This document shows, one piece after another, positions 57,892 to 64,000 of a DNA stretch of 64,000 nucleotides. The translations under genes and the position numbers were made by a program. The stretch lies in contig JAYSTF010000113.1 in NCBI GenBank assembly GCA_043720065.1, positions 675 through 64,674 on the forward strand, in the 5' to 3' direction. Numbering within the stretch: position 1 is the first letter of the stretch; each line of letters opens with the position of its first letter. The stretch comes from Pseudobdellovibrionaceae bacterium (GTDB lineage Bacteria > Bdellovibrionota > Bdellovibrionia > Bdellovibrionales > UBA1609). Under the pieces are notes generated by a model, which was not told the origin of the DNA, searched no databases, and saw only the letters and a list, made by a program, of their open reading frames with translations.

Positions 57892-58989
57892 TCAAAACTG
57901 AGTATGAAGTTGTAGAACAAACGCGACATCCGGTGCGTTATTCACATACAGATTATCTTGGCGGTTGTCGTGATCCCCAACGCCCCAGTCTTCCACTAGT
58001 AACAAATTGATTTGATGCCCGTTGCGCGACCGCCATCGCGGCCCAAGGCTTTGCGAGCCGCGCCAATAAACCAAACTATTCCAGCCCGACGCTATACGAA
58101 AAGCAACTTGGCCACGGGGATCCGTCGTTGTGTAGTTGTACGAAAGTTCACCCTTGTTCATGATGGGAGATTCGGCTCGTGCTTGCATGATGAATCCCCA
58201 CTTTTGACCAAAGCCGAAGTCGAAAGTCAGCTCGTACATTTGCGCCCATCGACGTTGTGGCCAGTCCTTAAAAACGTCATTTTTGCCGAGGCCAGTGAAG
58301 CCGGCTGTTGCCCAAACTCCGGAATTTGTGAACAGTGGCGCTCCCAAATGCGCGAGCAAACTGTAATCGTAATGTCCTGAACTCCAGCCACTTGTGGATT
58401 TAGCGAGGGGCGCCTTTACTTGGGCGCTGAGCGCGAAGCCGCATTCGCAAGAGCCATTTTGGCTGCCGCGCCACTGCCACATCCAGTACTTCATTTTTAA
58501 TTTTACGTTTCCGACGGCCGTTAATGTGGGTTGCATTTGCCCGGTGCCGCTGGTTTTCACTTCATATCGATTGCCAAAATCCCCGTTGTGATTTCGTTGA
58601 AATCGCTCACTACCGATTAAGATATGAAACTGGTCGATAAAGTCATCAAGCACGCCACCACCGCGGCTAGCAAATGGTGCCTCAACTGAGACGGCAAGCC
58701 TCTTCCCCAAGGCAAACCCCATTTCCGCAATGACGGAACCTTGTTCAAAATCCGCTTGATAGGTGAGAATTTGTCCTGTCGTGTCGTTGGTTAGATTAAA
58801 TTCGTCGTTCCACACATTTCCTTGGTTGAGTTCCAAGTTAAACCAAAGCGATTTACCCCATCCCGGCGCCTCGCCAACAGGTAGCTGATGCATCCAACCG
58901 ATGGGATGCGACAGGCGATAGCTAGGCTTGTTTGCCGCAGCATTAAACCCGCTTAAGACTATGAAAATAAAAACGAATATACGTCGCAT
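57892..58989 (-). CDS. Putative outer-membrane beta-barrel protein (365 aa; DUF3187-like by impression only)
   Basis: ORF track. Signal-like MRRIFVFIFIVLSGFNAAA. C-terminal ...VLQLHTQF. Confidence 0.55.
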   Translation of the reverse strand: MRRIFVFIFIVLSGFNAAANKPSYRLSHPIGWMHQLPVGEAPGWGKSLWFNLELNQGNVWNDEFNLTNDTTGQILTYQADFEQGSVIAEMGFALGKRLAVSVEAPFASRGGGVLDDFIDQFHILIGSERFQRNHNGDFGNRYEVKTSGTGQMQPTLTAVGNVKLKMKYWMWQWRGSQNGSCECGFALSAQVKAPLAKSTSGWSSGHYDYSLLAHLGAPLFTNSGVWATAGFTGLGKNDVFKDWPQRRWAQMYELTFDFGFGQKWGFIMQARAESPIMNKGELSYNYTTTDPRGQVAFRIASGWNSLVYWRGSQSLGPRWRSRNGHQINLLLVEDWGVGDHDNRQDNLYVNNAPDVAFVLQLHTQF

Positions 58990-59024
58990 GGCTTACGAAC
59001 GTTTCGGCTCAAAATGAGATTTAA

Positions 59025-60155
59025 TTAAAGGGAATCGTAATCGATGTGGATTTCGCTAGACGCGGCCTTAGCCTGGCATGTGAGGGTTTCGCCAGCGGCC
59101 ATGTTGTCCTCAAGTAAAATGCCGGGATCGTCTTGGTAGACACGTCCCGCCCGGACCTTACCCATGCAAGCCATGCAGTTGCCCTCTAAGCATGAATAGG
59201 GTGGGCTTGCACCGGATTCGATGATCGCTTCAAGGACGTTTTGCTCTGGCTTTAACGTTAAATTCAGTTCTTCACCACCAAGGCTCACTTTTAACTTCGC
59301 ATTTCCATTTGGTGGGTTTAAGTTTTTGTCGCCAATGAAAACCCGTGACGCAGGACCTGGATCGATTTCAACCTGACTGCCCTGGCCCGGGTGAGCGATG
59401 GTGAAACTCTCCATGTGAATTCGGGCCTGATCTACTCCGCGACTTAGCAATCCGGCTTTTACATTCGCCATAAATTGATCCGGGCCACAAAGATAAGATT
59501 CTACCGGCAGGGGATGGGCGCCCATAACTTGATCTAAAATTTTAGTTAATAGCTCACCCTCGACACGGCCTTTGAGTCCTGACCATCCGGCTGGAGGCTG
59601 CGACATGACATGAACAATTCTCAGTTGGCCTTTGTGTCGGTCGGCCCAATTCGCGAGTTCCTTTGCGTAAATCACCAAGTCAGGACTGCGATTGCAGAAC
59701 AATAAAGTGACTTGGGCTTTTGGTTCAGAGAGCAAAACGGTCTTTAAAATAGAAAAAATCGGCGTGATGCCACTCCCAGCGGCAGCGAGTAACCAATGAT
59801 GTGGCCCCGCGGTCGCCGGAGGGCGAAAGAAGTGTCCAGCTGGCGGTGATACTCGGATTACATCGCCAAGGCGCACGCTATCCATAATGTAATTAGAGCC
59901 TTTGCCGCCTGACACTCGCTTTATCGTGATTTTTAAATCTTTATCCACGAGCGGAGAAGAACAAATCGAATAACTGCGCGGCACGACCTCGCCATTGATG
60001 TTCAAAAACAAGGTGAGAAACTGCCCTGGGCCAAAACGGAATTCCCGTTTTTTTTCCTCTGGTATAGCAAAAACCAAAGATACGGAGTCTGAAGTTTCCG
60101 GAATTCTTTGGGCCACTGCGAGTGGCGTAGTCATTTTATCTAAATCGTAACTCAT
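59025..60155 (-). CDS. Ferredoxin-NAD(P)+ reductase-type flavoprotein with a C-terminal 2Fe-2S domain (PaaE / phthalate-dioxygenase-reductase-like)
   Basis: ORF track (376 aa). RSYSICSSP (RxYS FAD motif), AAGSGITP, C-terminal CLEGNCMACMG...C. Confidence 0.8.
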   Translation of the reverse strand: MSYDLDKMTTPLAVAQRIPETSDSVSLVFAIPEEKKREFRFGPGQFLTLFLNINGEVVPRSYSICSSPLVDKDLKITIKRVSGGKGSNYIMDSVRLGDVIRVSPPAGHFFRPPATAGPHHWLLAAAGSGITPIFSILKTVLLSEPKAQVTLLFCNRSPDLVIYAKELANWADRHKGQLRIVHVMSQPPAGWSGLKGRVEGELLTKILDQVMGAHPLPVESYLCGPDQFMANVKAGLLSRGVDQARIHMESFTIAHPGQGSQVEIDPGPASRVFIGDKNLNPPNGNAKLKVSLGGEELNLTLKPEQNVLEAIIESGASPPYSCLEGNCMACMGKVRAGRVYQDDPGILLEDNMAAGETLTCQAKAASSEIHIDYDSL

Positions 60156-61006
60156 GGAACCAAAACTCCATCACCATGCACATGCACTTGGCAATCCGCA
60201 ACCCAGTGGGCCGGCCCGATCAAATGTGGTTGCCCATGACCAAGATCCACTTCCAACTTTCCACCAAGCACTTCGACTTTAATATGCGTTTGCCCTGAAG
60301 CGCGCGCCTGCCGGAAAGCCGCAGCCACGGCCCCTGTACCGCAAGCTCGAGTAAAATCCTCTACTCCACGTTCAAATGTCATCGTTGAAATCACATCCTT
60401 GCCGCCGTTGACGACGAACGTCACGTTTGCACCGGCGTCACCAAAATGTTTGTGTCGGCGCAGTTCAGCGGCCCATTCTTTTAAGGTCGGAGTGGGTAGA
60501 AGTTTATCGATCGGAACAACGGCATGCGGAACGCCGCTATTGATCCAATCCACGATCACTTCTTTGCCTTTAACATTAAGACTTAAGTTTTCGCCAAGAA
60601 GCTGTACGCTAGGCATCGTAACTTCGATCAAGTGGTCCTTACGTCGCTTTGCGCTAACAAGGCCCGCGGGGGTTTGAAAAGTAAAGACACGCCAGTTTCC
60701 GGATTGTCTTGCCGCCCAAAGGCCTGCACACCTCGCCGCATTGCCGCACATCTCAGCGCGTGAACCATCTTGATTATAAAATTCCCAGCTCCAATCCGCG
60801 CTGTCCGATGCATGCATAAAAAGCATTCCATCGGCGCCAAGCCCGTCAAACCGGTTGCAGAGGCGCTGAGCTACTTGCGACCGTGGCCATCTGCCAAAGG
60901 ATGTTTTCCACTGGTCTTCAAGAATGGGAGAAGCGACCTCAACAATAAGAAAGTCATTACCCGTGGCGGAGAGCTTGCTGATCAATGATGGCGCTACCTG
61001 AAGCAT
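60152..61006 (-). CDS. dapF: Diaminopimelate epimerase
   Basis: ORF track (284 aa). SATGNDFLIV, catalytic Cys contexts MCGNAARC and ACGTGAVA. 4-nt overlap with the downstream reductase gene. Confidence 0.9.
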   Translation of the reverse strand: MLQVAPSLISKLSATGNDFLIVEVASPILEDQWKTSFGRWPRSQVAQRLCNRFDGLGADGMLFMHASDSADWSWEFYNQDGSRAEMCGNAARCAGLWAARQSGNWRVFTFQTPAGLVSAKRRKDHLIEVTMPSVQLLGENLSLNVKGKEVIVDWINSGVPHAVVPIDKLLPTPTLKEWAAELRRHKHFGDAGANVTFVVNGGKDVISTMTFERGVEDFTRACGTGAVAAAFRQARASGQTHIKVEVLGGKLEVDLGHGQPHLIGPAHWVADCQVHVHGDGVLVP

Positions 61007-61158
61007 GATTCATTGAGCTACCAAGAATCCGCATATGACACAACATGAGATATCCACAGTCGTTTCATGACTCTGTTAGGAGCGTGGAAAACCCCGATTA
61101 GCCGTAGACGAAAAAACTTACCCGGGTATCGTTGTGTCTACAACTTTGGAGGCAGCCA

Positions 61159-61623
61159 ATGACTTGGAAAGTTTTGATCGCACTCGGATTTTTAGTAACT
61201 CAAGGGACACTTGCTCAAGAGATAGAGATCCAGTCCACTTGCACGGCAACCAGTTCCTCATTGCCATGCGTGCGCTTCTTAAGAAATTACGATGGCGATA
61301 CGTTCACCGTAAATATTGCTTATGTTCATCCATTGCTGGGCGATAAAATCACGGTGCGAGTTAACGGGATCGATGCTCCGGAAATGGGCGCCGATAAACC
61401 TTGTGAACGCCAAGCCGCCTACAAAGCCCAGCAAGAGGTCGAAAAGTTTCTCGCCAACGCACGTCGTATAGACCTTAAGAACGTGCAGCGCGACAAATAC
61501 TTCCGCGTCTTGGCCGAGGTCCGGGTTGATGGCAAATCCTTAAGTGAACATATGCTCCAGGCCCGCCTCGCGGTACCCTATGACGGCGGTCACAAAGACG
61601 ACACCAATTGGTGTAAGCGCTGA
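61159..61623 (+). CDS. Secreted thermonuclease (SNase-like)
   Basis: ATG 61159 lies after GGAGG. MTWKVLIALGFLVTQGTLAQ signal. YDGDTF, VRVNGIDAPE, RDKYFRVLAEV. Confidence 0.8.
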   Translation: MTWKVLIALGFLVTQGTLAQEIEIQSTCTATSSSLPCVRFLRNYDGDTFTVNIAYVHPLLGDKITVRVNGIDAPEMGADKPCERQAAYKAQQEVEKFLANARRIDLKNVQRDKYFRVLAEVRVDGKSLSEHMLQARLAVPYDGGHKDDTNWCKR

Positions 61624-62494
61624 GAATCAGGAGCACTTCTTGTCCACATTGAAACGGTACCGGAAACCTGGCGATTTCCGTCCGGAGAAATTTGACCCAG
61701 CGCTTGCGAACAATTGAAAACGCTGAGCGCTCAGGCAGTACTTTGCCGCCATAGGTGTAACCGACAAGCAGTTTCGTACCTCGGGGCAGATGGCTTAATA
61801 TGCCAGGATGATGAAGGCTAAGTTGTTCCCCATCAAAAATGCGGCCATCAGGCAAAAAGTAAATTGTGGTGCGATCGTTGAACTTTTTGCCTACGAGCGC
61901 ATAAGCGGTCAGACCATCAACACCGATTTCGCGAAATTTTACGGGTTCATCCGCATGATCCTCCATAGGGTCAAGTTGTATTGGGGAGGGAGGCGGTGGC
62001 CGGAATACCGGGTTCGGATCCTCACCAAGAAGGGGCCGCAAATATTGATCTACTGCGGATCGTTTCGCGTCGAAAATCCCAATTGAAGTTTCCGGGTTAT
62101 ACAAAAAGGCGAAAAGGGGCCGATCGGCGATGATAAGGCGTCGCGCTCGAATTTCCGGATCGCCATCCGGAAAATCATTTAGTCCGAGGGCCACTCGAAC
62201 TTCGGGTCGCGCCATCATCATGCCGCAGCGGCGGCGACCGCGGTGGTCATCATCGAAGTATTTATTCGGCAATCCATAAGCCACCATCGAATGGGTGAGG
62301 ACGCGTTGCGCGGGAGTAGGGGGAACCGTGTAAAAGCCTTCGAGTTCTATACCGATCGAAAAGTGACTCACGCTTTGGGCCTTGTTCCAAATGCTTCGAC
62401 CCGCGTGATTTGCGAGCCGTAGCATGTCCATTGCTTGGATAATTTGTCCGCTATAGGTAACAAGAAAGTGTGCCTTACCACCTCGGCGTTTCAA
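61475..62494 (-). CDS. Amidase_2 (N-acetylmuramoyl-L-alanine amidase)-like protein, probably 5'-truncated; possible pseudogene
   Basis: ORF track (TTG start). AHFLVTYSGQIIQ...ANHAGRSIWN...SIGIELEG matches the middle of the amidase_2 fold. The in-frame upstream sequence (..RHKSTFATGG..) has no start codon and runs into a REP-like element. The last 49 codons are antisense to the nuclease gene. Confidence 0.45.
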   Translation of the reverse strand: MKRRGGKAHFLVTYSGQIIQAMDMLRLANHAGRSIWNKAQSVSHFSIGIELEGFYTVPPTPAQRVLTHSMVAYGLPNKYFDDDHRGRRRCGMMMARPEVRVALGLNDFPDGDPEIRARRLIIADRPLFAFLYNPETSIGIFDAKRSAVDQYLRPLLGEDPNPVFRPPPPSPIQLDPMEDHADEPVKFREIGVDGLTAYALVGKKFNDRTTIYFLPDGRIFDGEQLSLHHPGILSHLPRGTKLLVGYTYGGKVLPERSAFSIVRKRWVKFLRTEIARFPVPFQCGQEVLLILSAYTNWCRLCDRRHRVPRGGPGAYVHLRICHQPGPRPRRGSICRAARS

Positions 62495-62537
62495 CTTTAG
62501 GGTGGGAGAATTACCCCCGGTGGCGAAGGTAGATTTA

Positions 62538-62581
62538 TGACGCGGATCGCTTCCGCTGCGGAAGCGGCCCGCTTTAAGCGG
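62538..62581 (-). repeat. REP-like double-hairpin element, copy A (inverted relative to copy B)
   Basis: The minus strand reads ccgcttaaagcgg gc cgcttccgcagcggaagcgatccgcgtca. The 27-nt core differs at 2 positions from 63285-63311. Confidence 0.8.
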
Positions 62582-62608
62582 TCGTTTTCGAAGTCTTTAA
62601 TTTATTAA

Positions 62609-63112
62609 CTAAAGCGCAAAATCGTAGGTGACCGAAATCTTACCGCGCACGCTTGTATCCAAACTGCAATTAGCATCGCCGCATGGGACGTCATAAACGC
62701 CCTTTGAGCTCTCAACAATTTTGCTGCGCCGGCTGATAGTTAAATTCCTCATCCAGCCGTCCTTCAAATGGTCCGTCTGAACGGTCGGAGTTTCTACCAT
62801 TAGCGACAACGATAAATAGACGAGTTCATCCAAATTCTTCGGCTTCTGATTGAATCCGCTATAGGTAAAGCTGTAGCCCACGTGAGCGCATCCGCCGCCG
62901 CTAAATTCAACCTTCACGCCATTGTCCAAAGTCACGTCTTGGCGCAATACCTTTTTAACCTCGTCACGAACTACAGGTGATGCTCGCTTGACGGTGTAAT
63001 GCTGTCCGTCGAGTGGCGAGCGGAAACCGTCGAAGTTGAAAATGCAGCCATCGTCAGCTTGTGCGAACGTGCTAAAACCAAATACCAAAAGTGCGGCGGC
63101 AAAAGTCTTCAT
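62609..63112 (-). CDS. Secreted hypothetical protein (167 aa)
   Basis: ATG 63112 lies after GGGGGA. MKTFAAALLVFGFSTFAQA signal. No family recognised. Confidence 0.7.
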   Translation of the reverse strand: MKTFAAALLVFGFSTFAQADDGCIFNFDGFRSPLDGQHYTVKRASPVVRDEVKKVLRQDVTLDNGVKVEFSGGGCAHVGYSFTYSGFNQKPKNLDELVYLSLSLMVETPTVQTDHLKDGWMRNLTISRRSKIVESSKGVYDVPCGDANCSLDTSVRGKISVTYDFAL

Positions 63113-63241
63113 AAGAAATCCCCCTAGAGTTACCGAAGGCGATAACAAAGGCACCAGGCAGATGCAAATCATCACCAGGATAATTGGTCGGCAGAAAGAT
63201 TTACTCTCAAGGCACATTAGCCTCAGGGGCCGTTGAGATCA

Positions 63242-63311
63242 TGACGCAAACTTTTCTCCGCGCGGAGAATCGAACCGCGATTCACTTCCGCAGCGGAAGC
63301 GACCTGCGTCA
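63242..63311 (+). repeat. REP-like double-hairpin element, copy B, closed by a 7-bp outer stem
   Basis: tgacgca...tctccgcgcggaga...cttccgcagcggaagcgacc tgcgtca. The two internal palindromes and the tgacgca/tgcgtca pairing were read directly. Confidence 0.8.
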
Positions 63312-63377
63312 ATTTGCTCTTTGGGCGGAGTAGTATAATTGGTGGACCAAATCCGGGCCGCGGCAAGCCACACCAAA

Positions 63378-63409
63378 ATAAAAAAGCGCAGCTTTTGGCT
63401 GCGCTTTTT
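63378..63409 (-). terminator. Bidirectional rho-independent terminator downstream of rpsI
   Basis: aataaaaaAGCGCAGCttttgGCTGCGCTtttttc. 8-bp stem with A-run and T-run flanks. Confidence 0.8.
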
Positions 63410-63435
63410 CATCGATCCAAACTCTCGTTCGCGAA

Positions 63436-63834
63436 TTATCGCTTAGAGAACTGAGTGCTCTTACGAGCTTTATGCTTTCCGTACTTCTTACGTTCAACCA
63501 TTCGCGAATCGCGAGTGAGGTAACCGGCCTTTTTCAAGATCGGGCGTAAGTCTTCGCTGGCCGCGACTAACGCGCGCGAAATTCCGTGCCGGATGGCTTC
63601 GCACTGACCAGTGGGTCCGCCGCCAATTACAGTTACCCGAGCATCGTATTTGTTACGAGTGTCGGTCACTGTGAATGGCGTAAGAATCGTCATGCGACCA
63701 GTGGATGTTGAAAGATAGAGATCAGCGTCTTTACCGTTGATCGTGATTTTGCCGGCACCGGGCTTTAAAAATACCCGAGCTGCGCTCGTCTTACGGCGTC
63801 CAGTTGCGTAGAAAACTTTTTTCTCAGAGGCCAT
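63436..63834 (-). CDS. rpsI: 30S ribosomal protein S9
   Basis: ORF track frame. Preferred start [21 protein letters not shown] (ATG 63834). C-terminal [18 protein letters not shown]. Confidence 0.95.
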   Translation of the reverse strand: MASEKKVFYATGRRKTSAARVFLKPGAGKITINGKDADLYLSTSTGRMTILTPFTVTDTRNKYDARVTVIGGGPTGQCEAIRHGISRALVAASEDLRPILKKAGYLTRDSRMVERKKYGKHKARKSTQFSKR

Positions 63835-64000
63835 GTCGGATGCTTCCTTCAATAGTTAGTGCTTCGGGCTTTTGAGCGCTGTGAGGATGCTCGGCACCTT
63901 TATAAGCCTTGAGTTTGGTGATGAGCTGTCGGCCGAGCTTCGTCTTCGGCAACATTCCAGCCACTGCTTCAGTAATAATGAATGAAGGATCTTTCTCACG
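63824..64000 (-). CDS. rplM: 50S ribosomal protein L13, C-terminal part (gene continues beyond the window end)
   Basis: Own translation: ...[47 protein letters not shown]. Stop TGA at 63826-63824 overlaps the rpsI start by 11 nt. Confidence 0.85.
   Translation of the reverse strand, partial: REKDPSFIITEAVAGMLPKTKLGRQLITKLKAYKGAEHPHSAQKPEALTIEGSIRHGL

Noticed and set aside
61050-61058. Near-consensus DnaA box ATATCCACA
   Set aside because: It is a single isolated box with no cluster, no AT-rich unwinding element and no dnaA/dnaN context. It is most likely a chance occurrence.
63264-63279. tRNA T-arm-like sequence (minus strand CGCGGTTCGATTCTCCGCG), possibly a tRNA gene or an att-site remnant
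   Set aside because: No acceptor, D or anticodon arms can be built around it. The T stem needs a 9-nt loop. It is part of the REP-like element rather than a tRNA.

Overview
This is a 64-kb, densely coding chromosomal window of roughly 50% G+C (hand counts only). I annotate about 48 CDS. I found no rRNA, complete tRNA, CRISPR array, transposase or obvious prophage or defence genes. Housekeeping genes include leuS, speA plus a deoxyhypusine-synthase-like gene, ptrB, recQ, ggt, trmB, trxB, dapF, rpsI/rplM and an Opp/Dpp-type peptide ABC importer. They are interleaved with many signal-peptide, lipoprotein and outer-membrane genes of unknown function. The mix also includes a secreted SNase-like nuclease, an M23 peptidase and a Rec-GGDEF protein with a Hypr-type serine. 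This looks like a Bdellovibrio-type predatory bacterium, but that is inference only and no search was possible.

The most notable observations are:
- A Rec-GGDEF cyclase (21591-22571) has Ser instead of the guanine-specifying Asp, which predicts a cGAMP-producing Hypr enzyme.
- A soluble 1744-aa hybrid kinase is built from ten or more 92-aa poly-HAMP units, and it is translationally coupled to a second hybrid kinase.
- A same-strand envelope cluster holds a 1738-aa lipoprotein (13 Ig-like repeats plus 3 C-terminal jelly-roll-like modules) flanked by three beta-barrel genes, with a duplicated sigma-28-like promoter box upstream.
- A perfect 76-bp palindrome lies at 31237-31312.
- A family of GC-rich double-hairpin REP-like elements brackets two small secreted-protein genes.
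- A 4 x 20-bp tandem array lies in an intergenic region.
- An AT-rich, edge-truncated LRR gene is missing from the ORF track.
- Two probable gene remnants are present: an acyltransferase-3 and an amidase_2.

No single region convincingly represents a completely new multi-gene system. The envelope cluster and the TonB-like/AceE-like/hydrolase operon are the best candidates for uncharacterised biology.
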